A DNA stretch of 64,000 nucleotides from Vicugna vicugna (lineage: Eukaryota), in assembly GCA_013265495.1 (NCBI GenBank), contig MU057651.1:1003674-1067673 (forward strand), written 5' to 3'. The notes below the pieces were generated by a model. That model made no database searches. It was not told where the DNA came from and saw only the letters and a program-made list of their open reading frames with translations. Shown here one piece after another: positions 27,621 through 41,442 of this stretch. The translations under genes and the position numbers were made by a program. Position 1 is the first letter of the stretch. Every line of letters begins with the position of its first letter.

Positions 27621-28678
27621 TTTTATTTGCAAGAGCGTCAAGTCTAACGAGCTTACTTGGCCATGCTGGTAGCTGACACTTTTTTACATAATATTTTCTG
27701 TTTTATCTAACTCATTTTCGGATACTCCACATTAATTGGATAAATAGAAAGAAATTGAAATTAATAAAACTTAAAGAAAAAATAGATAAAACCTAAAATA
27801 ATGCCCCACCAAATCACAAAGGGGGCTATAATCATCTTGTCATAAATGAAATGTAAGTTTGATATATATGAGTTATAGATCAATGTGTGATAATTAGCCG
27901 AATTTTTTGGTTGTCTGACTTGGGGTTACAAAGAACAAGGCCTATTAATTCATCCAACAAATTTTTATTGAGCATATATGAGCCAGGCATTGCACTAGCT
28001 ACTCGAAATACAATGATGAGCAAAACAGCATAATGGTTAAGAGCACTGACTCTGGACCCAGCCTCCCTGGGTTTGAATCCTGGCTCTGTCATTTATTAGT
28101 TTTGTGAGCTTGCACAGGCTACCCTGCCTCTCTGGGTCTCAGTTTCCTCCATATGAATAACAATAATAATGCCTCATGAAGTTACTGTGAGAATTAAATA
28201 TGTTAATATTTATAAATTATTGATAAAATTTCCTGACACATAATAAAAGTTATATATGTGCTTTTAAACAACAAAGACTTATACCATCTGTGCCCTTAAT
28301 TAACTTTGAGTCTAGTGGGAGAGACTAACTTTAATCTAAAAAAGAACCAAATATAAAAACAAGTAAATATAAATTGCAAGTGTGATCAGTGCTACAAAGG
28401 AGATTTACGTAGAGCTATGAGAGTTTGTATTACAGGGATTTGACCAGAGAAGGCATCTCTGAGGAAGTGATATTCGAGCTGAGGGTAAGTAGGAGTAAAT
28501 TAGGCAAAAAAAAAAAACCTATGTATTTGGAAGGAGCATGATAAGTGACTCTGTATTTCCTGTCTTGCTAACTAAGCACTCTGTTGAATGAGGGCATGAC
28601 CCAAGCCTCAGACTTCTGTATTCTCCATCATGCCCAGTAAGCATGATCGGCATCGCGAACAAGTCTGATGATATTTGT

Positions 28679-29220
28679 GACAAGCAACAAGTGCCATTCT
28701 GGAGGCTTATTCTTCCCTTTGCCTGCCTAGCTACCCCAAATCTGGAAAACCAACTGTACAAAAAATGCTTGAGGGTGTTAAAGTACTCTAACTCTGTCTA
28801 GAAGTCAAGGCCACTGAAGGGAAGCAGGAGTTTGGATGATGAATGTAACTCTCTTTGTTAGCATTTTAGCTGCTGTATCATTTCAAAAGCATTTGCTCCA
28901 CAGACTCAGCCTTAGGAATCTAAGAAGCTGTGCTGAGCAGAGGACACTGAGGCTCCTCATGCTCCCTTGTGACATTGAACTCTGAAGCCCACGATCCTCA
29001 GGAGGGGCATTCGTTACAACCCAAGGTTTCTGTGTCATCACATGTGGTGAAAGGATTGGAATCATAAGGCACCTGCAACAATTCTATTTCCAGGATTCTT
29101 TCTCTTGTCAACTACAGATCAGGAAACAAATGTATGAAAGCGGATATCTTTCTTCCTCATTCAAAATAGGAGCAGCTGACATCATTTGCAGTGTGGAACT
29201 GCTGAAAACCTTGAATAATC
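28679..29220 (+). mobile_element. Decayed RTE-like RT remnant (motifs 0-5)
   Basis: QVPFWRLILPF..LENQLYKKCLRVL; AAVSFQK/AF; TQGFCVITCGERIG; GAADIICSVELLKTLN (by eye). Confidence 0.55.
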
Positions 29221-30231
29221 CATTTCAGGGCATTTTCTGGGGAACATTTCCATCTGGTGTAGAGATATGTACCAATTCAACCTGAGGACCCACCCATTTT
29301 GCTTAGTGCTTTGCTACTGCACTAAGAAGTTTAAGAAGTTTCATGCCCATTTGTAAGAAACTTACAAATAAATTTCCTTACAAATAAGCTGCTACTTCCA
29401 GAGCCACATACTACACCATTCACATCAAACAAGGAAGACATCCAGTAGTCCCAGCCAAAGTCTTGAGATTAGATTTTATTTCAGCACCTTGGGTCATATG
29501 CCCACCTCAAATCAATCACAGTGGCCAGGGAATAAAATGACTGACTGACTTGTCCTAGGCCATGTGTTCCATCTGGGAATATAGCCAGCTTTCTCAAAAC
29601 TGTATGTATCCCTAAATGAGAATCAGAATTGGTGGGAAGAGACAAAGTAGAAATGCATGGAAGGAAGACAAACAGTAAATGCTTACTCTGTGCAACAATA
29701 ACTACTGCTTGTGTCACACAAGTGTGTTCACTTTAAACTTGTCTAAGTCTTTTCCTGTCCATTGGCACACTGGAGTCTTGCAACAACCCTGGAAGGTAGT
29801 TAGACTGGAAATTCTGTTCCCATACAGCTGAGGAAACTGAAGCTCAATGAGTCAAGTGAATGAGACACTTGACTCCCAGGCTATAGAAATGTGGGTTCTC
29901 TAAACACCAAATCAATGTATCGAGTTGTGTTCATTTTATCTTAGTTTTAAACCCCATAACCCATTCCCTCTTTTTCTCCTCATACTATAGCCACTTTAAC
30001 ATGTTGAATGTGTAGCTTTTTTGTTTCAATGTGTAATTTCAAACTGTGTATTGTATTGTGTGCAGGTATTCTTAATCTACATAAGTGGTCCTATGTTATA
30101 TAGCTCATTCTGTTGTCTTACTTTTTTTCATTCAGCATCATGCTTTAGATCAATCTATGTTGCCACGTGTATATTTAATCTGTTCCTTCCAACTGTTGCA
30201 TGCATTCACTCTATTTTACCTATCCACTCTC

Positions 30232-31030
30232 TCTACACTATTGGTGGGAATGTAGTTTGATGTAGCCACTACGGAAAACAGTCTTTTAAAAGACTAAAAA
30301 TAAACTTACTGTATGATTCAGTAATCGCACTCCTGGGGATATATCAGGAGAAAACTAATTTGAAAAGATATGTGCACCCCAATGTTCATAGCAGCACTAT
30401 TTACAATAGCCAAGACATGGAAACAGCCTAAATGTCCATCAACAGATGACTGGATAAAGAAGTTGTGATATATATANNNNNNNNNNNNNNNNNNNNNNNN
30501 NNNNNNNNNNNNNNNNNNNNNNNNNNNNNNNNNNNNNNNNNNNNNNNNNNNNNNNNNNNNTACATACATACAATACTCAGCCTTAAAAAAGAATAAAATA
30601 ATGCCATTTGCAGCAACATGGATGGACCTGCAGATTGTCATACTAAGTGAAATAAGCCAGAAAGGGAAAGAAAAATACCATAGAATATCACTTATATGTT
30701 TAATCTTAAAAAAATGACACAAATGAACATACAAAACAGAAATAGACTCACAGACAGAAAATAAACTTTTGGTTACTGGGGGGAAAGGTGGTGGGAGGGA
30801 AAATTTGGAAGTTTGGAATTTGCAGATACTAACTACTATATATAAAATAGGTAAACAACAAGGTCCTACTGTATGGCACAGGAAACTATGTCCAGTATCT
30901 TGTAATAGCCTAAAGAACAAGAGTATGAAAGGAATATATATGTATAACTGAGTTAGTATGCTATACACCAGAAACTAACACATTGTAAATTGATTATACT
31001 TGAGTAAATAAATAAATAGATTTTAAAAAA
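30232..31030 (+). mobile_element. L1 3' fragment (ORF2 C-terminus + 3' UTR), contains assembly gap
   Basis: tgcaccccaatgttcatagcagcactatttacaatagccaagacatgg; ends in A-rich tail. Confidence 0.9.
30477..30560. other. Assembly gap (84 N) between (TA)n and (TACA)n repeats
   Basis: N run in sequence. Confidence 0.99.
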
Positions 31031-32043
31031 CTCTTGCAGAGCAAAGGAAACCATAAACAAAATGAAAAAACAACCTACAAAATGTGAGAAAATATTTGCA
31101 AACAATGCAACTGATGAGGGACTAATTTTCAAAATATACAAATAGCTCATATACTTCAATATCTAAAAAACAAACAATGCAATAAAAAATGGACAGAAGA
31201 CCTGAACAAATATTTCTCCAATGAAGATATACAGATGGCCAAATAGGCACATGAAAAGATGCTCAACATCGCTACTTATCAGAGAAATGCAAATCAAAAC
31301 TGCAATGAAGTATCACCTGACACCAGTCAAAATGGCCATCATTGAAAAGTCCATAAACAATAAATGGTGGAGAGGGTGTGGAAAAAAGGGAAACCTCCTA
31401 TACTATTGGTGGGAATGTATTTTGGTGCAACCATTATGGAAAATAGTATGGAGATTCCTTAAAAAACTAAAAATAGACTTACTGCTTGATCCAGCAATCC
31501 CACTTTTGGGAATATATCAGGAGGAAACTCTAATTCAAAAAGATACCTGCACCCCAATGTTCATAGCAGCACTATTTACAATAGCCAAGACATGGAAGCA
31601 ACCTAAAAGTCCATCAACAGATGAATGGATAAAGAAGATGTGATATGTATATACAATGGAATACTACTCAGCCATAAAAAGAATGAAATAATGCCATTTG
31701 CAGCAACATGGGTAGACTTAGAGATTATCATACTAAGTGAAGTAAGTCACACAAAGAGAAATATCATGTGATATCGCTTACATGTGAAATCTTAAAAAAA
31801 TGACACAAATGTGCTCATTTATGAAACAGAAATAGACTCACAGGCATAAGAAAACAAACTTACAGTTACCAAATGTGAAAGCGGGAGTAGGGGAGTGAAA
31901 AACTGGGAGTTCAAGATTTGCAGATACACACTACTATACATAAAATAGATAAGTTCATACTGTATAACACAGGGAAATATTTACAGTATCTTGTAATAAC
32001 CTATAATGGAAAAGAATCTGAAAAAGAATATGTGTGTGTGTAT

Positions 32044-32089
<46 letters not shown>

Positions 32090-32166
32090 AACTGAATCAC
32101 TTTGCTGTACCGCTGAAACTAACACAACATTGTAAATCAACTATACTTCAATAAAAAAAAAAAAAA
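31031..32166 (+). mobile_element. L1 3' fragment (ORF2 C-terminus + 3' UTR + polyA)
   Basis: ORF 31221-31643 [18 protein letters not shown]...[21 protein letters not shown]; polyA at 32153-32166. Confidence 0.93.
32030..32087. repeat. (TG)n(TA)n microsatellite
   Basis: Visible repeat inside L1 3' UTR. Confidence 0.95.
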
Positions 32167-32169
32167 GAT

Positions 32170-32390
32170 CCACCAAGCTATCTTCCTTCCGCCATGGTGA
32201 CAGGCAATGCTTCAGGTGGTCTAAGCTCCATCATCCTATGTCCCAGAATAAAGATGAAGTGGAGCAGAGTCCCTGATGTCTTGCAACAGACAAGTAGCTT
32301 GAGTGAGAAACACATTTTTGTAATTTTATATTACTAAGATTTGAGGTTTGTTTGTTACTACAGCACAGCCTAGCCTATCCTAACAATACA
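32170..32390 (+). mobile_element. MaLR MLT1-type LTR 3' part
   Basis: Ends ttgttactacagcacagcctagcctatcctaacaataca. Confidence 0.7.
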
Positions 32391-33589
32391 GGAAAGAAGA
32401 GTAGCAAGAATGAAGAATGAAACTAGACAGGTAAACAAAGTCTTCATCATAATAAACTTCTTAGCCATGCTAAGAAGCTTTCTTCTATATGATTAGTGGT
32501 TGTTAACTCTTGTTCTGCAGAATCCTTGATGCCTCAGGGAAAATAGGAGACATAAAATATTCAGGGATCCAGGCCTCTGACCTTCACTTCAATAGGATAC
32601 TTCTGCTTTTATCTTTATACATACATATATATGGGTTTATTTAAATATTTCCTTTTAAAAAAAAAGTCTCCACTGCCAAAAATAACAAGAAATGAACAAA
32701 ATGCCCAGATGAATCATACTCAGACTTGATTTGAGAAAGATTGCTTTGGACACTCTTTGGAGAATAGATTGTAAAGAGGCAAGACTGAAGGAAAGGAATT
32801 CACTTAGGAAGCTATTTCAAGAATCCAGTTGAGAGAAAATGGTGAATTGAACTAGGGAGGTGGCAGTAGGGTGGAGGGAGTGAATATATTTTAAAAGATT
32901 GTTTAGGAGATAGAATCCGCAGACTTGGTGGCAGATTGACTGTTGGGGGGTGAGGCAACAGGAGATATTAATAGTGACTCCAGGGTTTCTGCCTTGGACA
33001 GAATGTCGGTGCAATTCACTAAGATTGGAAGCACAGGAGAAGTAGGTTGGAGGAGGAGCTGATCAACTTAGTTTTGAACATGTTGCCACATGCCCATGAG
33101 GCAGTCAAGTAAGGAGGAATCTCATGCGAGCAGTATGTTTTCAAGAAGTCCCAGTTCTACCACTTAGTAGCTATGAGAACTTGGGCAAGTCAAGTTGGTT
33201 TTATCAAATGTAACAGTTTATGTGAGAAGGTACAATGCAAATTTTAAAATGCCAAATAAATGGTAATAATGAATATTTTCATGGGGAACAAAATGGATGT
33301 AGGGAGGAGAGAAGATTTTTCCAGGGACATTCAGGACTTATTTGGCTTGCAGAGAAACTACAGAGCTCTGTCTGACTCACGGTGGCATCACCAGGGACAT
33401 TCCAATCTCTGCGAAACTTATCCCAACAAAGAAATTATTTCCAGTGGGCTGGTGTCATGGCGATTTAGCTGATTTGGGCCAAGGGTGGGGGATTTGGAGG
33501 AAAGCTGCCTAATCCTGGGCAGTGGGAAACTGGGATGAAGCCAATGTAAATGTGGCAGGCTGGGAAACATTTTTGCAGACAGAAAGCAT

Positions 33590-35175
33590 TTTTAAATTTG
33601 TTTTTTATTGTGGTAAATATATATATAACATAAAATTTACCATTTTAACCATTTTTAAGTGTACAGTTCAGTGGCATGAAGTATATTCACATTGCTGTGC
33701 AACCACTACCAATATCCATCTCCAGAACATCTTCTTCCTTCTAAACTGACACTCTGTGTCCATTAACCATTATCTCCCCATTATTCCTCCCCCTAGCCCC
33801 CAGCATCCACTATTTTACTTTCTGTCTCTAAAAATTTAACTATTCTAGGTATCTTACATATAACATTTGTCCTTTTGTGTTTGAGTTATTTCATTTAGCA
33901 TAATGTCTTCAAGGTTCATCCATGTTGCTGCATTATCAGACTTTCATTCCTTTCTAAAGTTGAATAGTGCTCTGTTGTATATGTATACCACATTTGGTTT
34001 ATCCATTCATCCATTGATGGGCATTTAGGTGGCTTCCACCTTTTGGTTATTGTGAATAATGTGGCTATGAACATTAATGTACAAATATCTGTTTGAATTC
34101 TTGCTTTTAATTTTTTCAGGAATAAACTTAGAAGTGGAATTAATGAATCATATGGTAATTCTATATTTAATTTTTTGAGGAACCACCATACTATTTTCCA
34201 CAATGGTTGCACCATTTTACGTTCCCACCAGCAATGCACAATGGTTCCAATTTTTCCACATACTTGCCAACACCTTTTTTCTTTGATTTTTTTAAAAAGA
34301 GCTACTATAATGGATGTGATGTGGAAACTCGTGACTTGGTTTCCATTACTCCAGTAATTAGCAATGTTGTGTATCTTTTTATGTGCTCATTGGCCATCTT
34401 TATAGCTGCTTTAGAGAACTATCTATTGAAGTCTTTTGCCCATTTTTTAATTGTGTTGTTTGGTTTTGTTGTTAAGTTGTAGGAGTTCTTTATATATCCT
34501 GAATATTAATGGTTTATTAGATATATGATTCATAGATATTTTCTCTTACTTCATGGATTGCCTTTTCACTCTGTTCTCTGTAGCACAAAAATTTTTTTAA
34601 TTTTAATGAAGCCAAATTTATTTATTATTTTGTTGCCTATGCTTTTGCTGGTATATCCAAGAAATCATTGTCAAATCCAAAGTCATAAAGCTTTTATGTT
34701 TTCTTCTAGGAGTTTCATAGTTTTAGCTCTTATGTTAAGTCTTTGATCCATTTTAAGTTAATTTTTGTATATGGTATAAGACTTCATCTTCATTCTTTTG
34801 AATGTGGATATCTAGTTTTTCCAGCACCATTAGTTAAAAAGATTGTCCTTTCCCCATTAAATGGTCTCAGCACCCATGTCAAATATCATTTGATCATAAA
34901 TACTAGGGTTTGTTTCTGGGTTCTCTATTATATGCCATTGGTTTATATGTCTTTTTTGTGCCAGTATCACAGTATTTTGATTACTGTAGGTTTGTAAAAA
35001 GCTTTGAAATCAGGAAGTATTGGACATCTAACTTTGTTCTTCTTTTTCAAGATTACTATGGCTACTTGTGGTCTCTTGAGATTCCATATGAATTTTAGGA
35101 TTTGCTTTTCTATTTCTGCAAAAAAATAAAGTTGCTGGGATTGCACTGAATCTATAGTTTGCTTTGGGAGAAAGC
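33590..35175 (-). mobile_element. L1 (L1MA/MB-like) 3' 1.6 kb
   Basis: Minus ORFs 33916-34239 and 34967-35197 are L1 ORF2 pieces ([28 protein letters not shown]). Confidence 0.92.
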
Positions 35176-36224
35176 ATGTTTTAAAAATCATTTTCACAGG
35201 TGATTTTGTATTGTTAAACCATGTGTTTTATTATAAAAAACACACTCTTGAGTAAAGAATCCAGAAAAGGCAAAGATAACAATAATGATAAAAAATCTGA
35301 AGAACAATGTTCTGGTTGTGGAGTCAGAAATTTTGGTCTCTGCAATATAGTTATGGGTGCAGCCTGTGTCCTTTTGCAGTGATTTTCATGTACTGTGTGT
35401 TGGTTTCCACCTGCTCTGTCAAAATGGCCTAAAAATCAGGAATTTTGATATTAGATGTAGATGTATAGGGCTATACAAAAATTTCACAGAAAAGCTTTAT
35501 TAATGGGTCATAATTCTTATTAAATCAATGATTTTATTTAATTGAAACCAGAGGAAATAAAATCACCATATGTTTGTTGAAATGATGATATGTCTGCCTT
35601 ATATGATGAATTCATCTACAAAGTCTTGAGCACTATACAGGAGGAATAGTTTAGAAGGCTGAAAAGAACTTAGGAACAATGTGCTGCCCCTCAGAACCTA
35701 ATACACTAATACCAAACTTCCCCAACCTGGACAAGTTATCTCCTCTTGACCATATTATTTCCTAATGGGACTATGAACATTTATAACACCAACCTAAAGT
35801 CAAGTGGAGCCAGAAGGTAGAAGATACCCCCATCCTACTATCAGCCAAGTTTGGACTTTCTCTACTAGACAAGAGGTAGTACCTACAACTTTACCTCTAG
35901 AGAAGTTCTCCTTATTGTTACCTATAAGCCCTTGCTTGTTCAACTCCTGTATTAGTTATTCATTGCTAAATAACAAATTACCCCAAAACTTCTTGGCTCT
36001 AAACGACAAATTTATTACCTTACAATTTCTGGGGGTCAAGAATCCAGGAGAAGCTTATCTGCGTGGTTCTGGCTCTGGGTCTCTCCTGAGACTGCAATCA
36101 AAGTGGTAGTAGGAACTGCAGTCATCTCAGCGCTCAACTAGAGGAGGATCTCCTTTCAAGCTCACTTTGTTATATGATTGTCATCCAACAAGGCTTAGAG
36201 TTCAGGCTTTTAGTTAAGATGTTT

Positions 36225-37229
36225 ACATATAGGCCAATGGAACAGAATCAAGAGCCCAGAAATAAACCCATGCATTTACTGTCAACTAATATTTGACAAG
36301 GGAGCCAAGAATATTCAATGGAGAAAAGACAATCTCTTCTTAATCAATCTGTTCTTAATAAGTGGTGTTGGGAAAATTGGATATTCACATGCAAAAGAAT
36401 GAAAGTATACTCTTATCTTACACCACTCACAAAAGTTAACTGGAAGTGGATTAAAGACTTAAATATAAGACCTGAAACCACAAAACTCCTAAAAGAAAAC
36501 ATAGGGAAAAAGTTCCTTGACATTGGTCTTGGCAATGCTTTTTTTGAATATGCTGACTAAAGCAAAAGCAACAAAAACAAAAATAAATAAGTAGAACTAC
36601 ATCAAGCTAAAAGGCTTCTGCACAACAAAAGAAATGATCAACAAAATGAAGAGACAACCTAGGGAATGGGAGAAAGTATTTGCAATTCACATATCTGATA
36701 AGGAATTAATATCCAAAATTTGTAAGTACTACATAAGCTCAACAGCAAAAAACCAAAAAGTCCAATTTAAAATGGACAAAGGATCTGAATAGACATTTTT
36801 CCAAAGATATTCAAATGGCCAACGGGTACATGAAAAGGTGCTCAGTATCACTAATCATCAGAGAAATGCAAATCAAAACCACAATGAGATATAACCTCAC
36901 ACCTATTAGAATGACTATTATTGAAAAGACAAGAAATAACAAGTGTTGGCAAAGATGTGGAGAAAAGGAACCCTTGGTACACTGTTGGTGAGAATGTAAA
37001 TTGGTATAGCCATTACAGAAAAACAGTATGGAGTTTCCTCAAAAATTTAAAAATAGAACTACCATATGATCCAGCAATTCTACTTCTGCGTATTTATCAG
37101 AAGGAAATAAAATTACTGTCTCAAATTGATATCTGCATGCTCATGTTCATTGCAGCATTATTTATAATAAGGAAACTATGGAAACAGCCTAAGTGTCCAT
37201 TAGTAGATGAATGGATAAAGAAAATGTTA

Positions 37230-37267
<38 letters not shown>

Positions 37268-37787
37268 ATATATATAATGTCATATTATTCAGCCACAAAA
37301 GGGGAAATATTGCCATTTATGACAATATGAATACACCCTGAGGGAATTATGCTAAGTGAAATAAGTCAGACAAGAAAGACAAGTACTATGTGATCTCACT
37401 TATATGCAGAATCTAAAGAAACTGAACTCATAGAAGCAGAGAACAGATTGGTGGCTGCTAGAGGTGGCAGGTAGAGGGTAGGGGAAATGAGTGAAGGCAG
37501 TCAAAGGGTATAAACTTCCAGTTATAAGATAAATCCTGCAGATGGAATGTACAGCATGGTGACTATAGTTATCAACAATCTATTGTATATTTGAAAGTTG
37601 CTAAGTGAGTAGATTTTAAAAGTTCTTATCACAAGAAAAATACGACTGTGTAAGGTGATGGATGCTAACTAAACTTATTGTGGTAATCGTTTTGCAATAT
37701 ATATAGATATCCAATCATTATGCTGTACACCTTAAATGTATACAATGTTATATGTCAATTACATCTTAGTAAAACTGGGGAAAACTA
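36225..37787 (+). mobile_element. L1 (L1MA-like) 3' 1.55 kb with internal (TATC)n
   Basis: ORFs 36318 (NKWCWENW) and 36921 (ELPYDPAILLL); tetranucleotide repeat ~37230-37266. Confidence 0.92.
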
Positions 37788-37789
37788 AA

Positions 37790-39150
37790 TGATAAATTTC
37801 ATTGGAAAAAAAGACGTTCACATGCTTGGAGGTGACCCCATACTTGACTTTGTTAGAGAAGAGTGGCCAGCAGAGCCACCAGCCTTACCTAATTGGCTCG
37901 AAGTTCTTATGCATGGAGGGAGACACTATTTTGACTCTCAACACAGGGGCAAAGCAGGCTGTACAATCACTATTGCCAAAAAGTTATTTTTTTTAATTTT
38001 ACTAAATAGCAGAAATTCTTACCTATCTTGTTTGCCTTAGTCTAGAAGCAGGAGAATGGTCAGCATGATACCTTGAAGTTTTCTCTGGTTCCCAGGGTTC
38101 TAAGTTATTAGTGTCCTCAATCAATCTCCTAGGTAAGTGGTGGTGATGAGGTTGGGGGTAGAAAACCTCAGCTGGAGAGAGACCACTGCCTCTGAAGCAT
38201 TTCCTGAGCAAAGACTCTAATATGTGAAATTATTTGTTACTGAAGGGCAAGGCCAACTCTGAGGTGGAAAAGGGTGAGTGGACCCTTCATGCCCATCTGG
38301 CCTACTCATTCTCTGAGGAGTCTTTTAAAGGAAGGAAACCGTCAAAAGGCCCAATTGCCACAGCATAATTTTGCAGCCTGATAAGAGGAACAAAGAGACC
38401 ACTGTTGGTGGGTTTGGCAACCGATGAGTGGGGGCTTGGAGCTGGAGGAAATCCAGCGTCCCAGGGCTGCTGAAAGATTGGATCATTAAGAGTTTATGGC
38501 CTCATGGAGCTATTTTAAACCTGTTCCATTGCTTGATGCTGGCCTCGACTTCAAGCTGCCGCAGATTCTTTTATCCCCCAGGAACTGAGGCTTGGGCTGA
38601 ACAAAAGAGAAGCTGCTTCTTTGGAGAGAAGAGGCCCTGAGGCTGAAAGATGGGGTTGCAGGGGAAAGGGTTTGTTGGACCTAATGAGCTGCCTGTGGTG
38701 CTGCTGTCAGTGCTGTTGCCACCACAGCTGCTCATATACTGTTCCTATTCTCAAGCAGCTGACTTGATGGGGCCTGCTCACACGAATCAAAAAGAAAACC
38801 ACTGCTCTGCCTACTCTGAACAATGCAGAGGGGTACTAAGTAAGAAAACTGAGTCCTAACCTCCCTGCTTGGAGAGAAGGAGAGGAGAGAGTGAGGAAGG
38901 CAGGGCCCCTCCAAAGCTAATTAATCATTCCAGAAGCAAAGTGTCACACTGGCCAAAGGTATCTAATACCAGAGGACCACCATGCCTTAGGCCCAGAGAC
39001 TTAAAGTCCTGGGCCTTTCTTCTTGGATTCTGCCTTTTAGAGGTATGTAGGACAAGCAGCTATCTTGGGAAAAACATAGTAATTAATGTTAGCGAAAGTT
39101 TGCAGAGATTTTCAAGGTCCACGGATTCCCTACTAGAAACTAGTTTCCAG
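37790..39150 (+). mobile_element. Two successive decayed RTE-like RT remnants
   Basis: First: DVHMLGGDPILDFVREEW..QHRG..TIAKKLFFLILLN..LP*S. Second: WRKSSVP..KDWII..EAWAEQ; YSQAADL; PPKLINHSRS (by eye). Confidence 0.6.
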
Positions 39151-39152
39151 TA

Positions 39153-40090
39153 ACTCATTCAACAAAAAAATGTTTTGAATGCCTACTATATGCCAGGAAA
39201 TTTCCTAGGCCAATTGAATATAATAGTGAACAAAGCAAACAGACATCTCTACCCTCATGGAGCTTATGTACTAATAGGGGGTGACAGACCATAAACAAGA
39301 CAATTTGTTAAATAAATATGGTGCCAAATGATGATGAATGCTATGAAGAAAAGAAAAGCAGAGTTTGGGAGGATGGAAAATACCAAGGTTGGGAGTGGGG
39401 GTTCATCATTTTAGATAGATCAAGGAAGATCTCATGGAAAAGGGGATATTTGAGCAGAGACTTAAAGGAGGTGAGGCAAAGAGTTATGTAAATATCTGTG
39501 GGAAGATTGTTTCAGGCAGAGGGAAGATCATGTGCTAAGGCCTGGCATGGCTCAAGAACAGTGAGGAGGGTAGAGTGGTTGAAATGATGTAATGGAGGAG
39601 AAAGGTGGAAGGAACTGAGGTTAAAGAGGTAACGGGGTCCAAATGGTGGAGTGCCTTATAAACTAAGGATATGAATTTTATTATGAGAAGCCACTGGAAG
39701 GTTTTCAATAAAGGAGCATCAAAATCTTATTTATGTCTTAAAAAATGATTCTGAATGATACTTGGAGGATAGACTATAGGGAAGCAAGGATGGAAGTGGG
39801 AAGACCATTATGAAGAGATTTTGGTGATCCAGGCAGGATTAGTATGGTGAGTTGGGCCACTGAAGTAGCGGTGGAAAGATAAGTGGACAAATGCTGATAC
39901 ACTTGCAAAGCAGAGCTGACTCAACTTGCTGATGGATTGGATGTGGATGTTGTAAAGAGAGAGGTCAAGAATGACTGTAATGCTTTTGTCCTAAGAAATT
40001 GGCAGGATCAACTTGCCAGCACTGGCATGGGGGAGACAAGCGGAGGAGCAAAGCTGAGAGACGGGAGGACATAAGAGTTTGATAATTAAT
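39153..40090 (-). mobile_element. L2 LINE fragment
   Basis: Begins with reverse complement of L2 3' end (ctcattcaac...gaatgcctactatatgccagg) and continues with purine-rich L2 body. Confidence 0.7.
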
Positions 40091-40349
40091 GGATTTTTGG
40101 TTTGCCCAGGTCTGGAGGTACTATGAGAAAAGGTAGTAGCTGGTGGCTGCACTGGATGAGTCATCAAGGAATATGGACTGGAACAACCTCAGTACAGTTG
40201 CAGACAGAGCTGGTTGGCAGTGGTTTGGAGAAATGGACCCAGCTGGTCCTAAGTTACCCTTTCTCTGCCTCTCCGTTCTCCTGTCTGGAACCCGGCGCCT
40301 CCACTGCCCCACTCAGCTCCATCCTACTTGATCCACCCTTGGTGTCTAG

Positions 40350-40572
40350 TCTAGTTGATAAACTTTATTTGAAGAGCCAGATAATAAATATTTTAGGCTT
40401 TGTGGACCTATTGGTCTCTGTTACAGCTATTCAGTGCTGCCATTGTAGTGCAAAATCAGTCATAGACAATACATAAATGAATGAGCATAGCTCTGTTCCA
40501 AAAAAACACTCTGTTTTCAAAAGTGGACCACAACTTGATTTGGCCCATGAGCTGTAGTTTGTCATCCCCTGC
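40350..40572. mobile_element. MER58-like hAT MITE
   Basis: gccagataataaatattttaggctttgtggacc...gatttggcccatgagctgtagtttgtcatcccctg. Confidence 0.75.
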
Positions 40573-40821
40573 TCTTGACCTGTGATTTACTACCCACAGA
40601 AACACAGGCCTCACACAGCCACCTAATCTTATAACACACAGTCTAATTTTAATGTGAAATATTAGAATGGCATCTCTGGGTAGCTTTCCCTCAACATGGA
40701 TGGATAGTAATGTTTTAGTTGCAGAACCAATGGTCTCATTGGCATTCTTTTACTCTACAAAGTAAATAATCCAAGTCGAAACTCACGAAGGTGGTTCATA
40801 AGCATTTTAACTTTTTCTGAA

Positions 40822-41404
40822 TTGACCCTCATTTTAAAAAAGTTTACTGGCCACTGCTCTAGAACTGTCTCTCTTCTCACGAAGCCAACCAACATGTTCC
40901 AGGTCCTATCTCCCTCAGGGCCCTGCTAGGTCACTGCCTAATCCAGTTACAAGTTGTTAATGACTTCCACCTCCCAGAAAGTTACAATCCAAAGTCCACT
41001 TTTGAGGAAGTAGCACCACATGACCTGCCCTTTCCAGGGTCAGCACAAGTTTGTACAATTTTCAAGCTCCAAGAACACAGAACAGTTCAGCTCACATGAG
41101 TGATCCTTAGAACTTGATGGACCTCTGTCAGATGGGTTGTTGCAATGAGCATATTTTATTTATAAAAATGTTAGATATATTAAAAAGATGTAGAGAAAAA
41201 ATGTAATGAACACCCCACTTACTTACCACCTAGCTTAATAAATAAAATATATAGTCAAAGCCCTTTGCATGCTCCTCCCTGATCTCATTTTCCTCCCTTT
41301 CTTCCCAGAAGTAACATCTAACTTGAGGATGATTGTGTTCCTTTTTTTTGTACTTTTACTGTGTATGAATGTGTGTGTGTGTGTATGTATGTGTATATCT
41401 ATTT

Positions 41405-41442
<38 letters not shown>

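Noticed and set aside
30318..30968. 216-aa minus-strand ORF
   Set aside because: Antisense L1 sequence read through an N gap.
31221..31643. Active L1
   Set aside because: All L1 copies are short fragments with stops or frameshifts.
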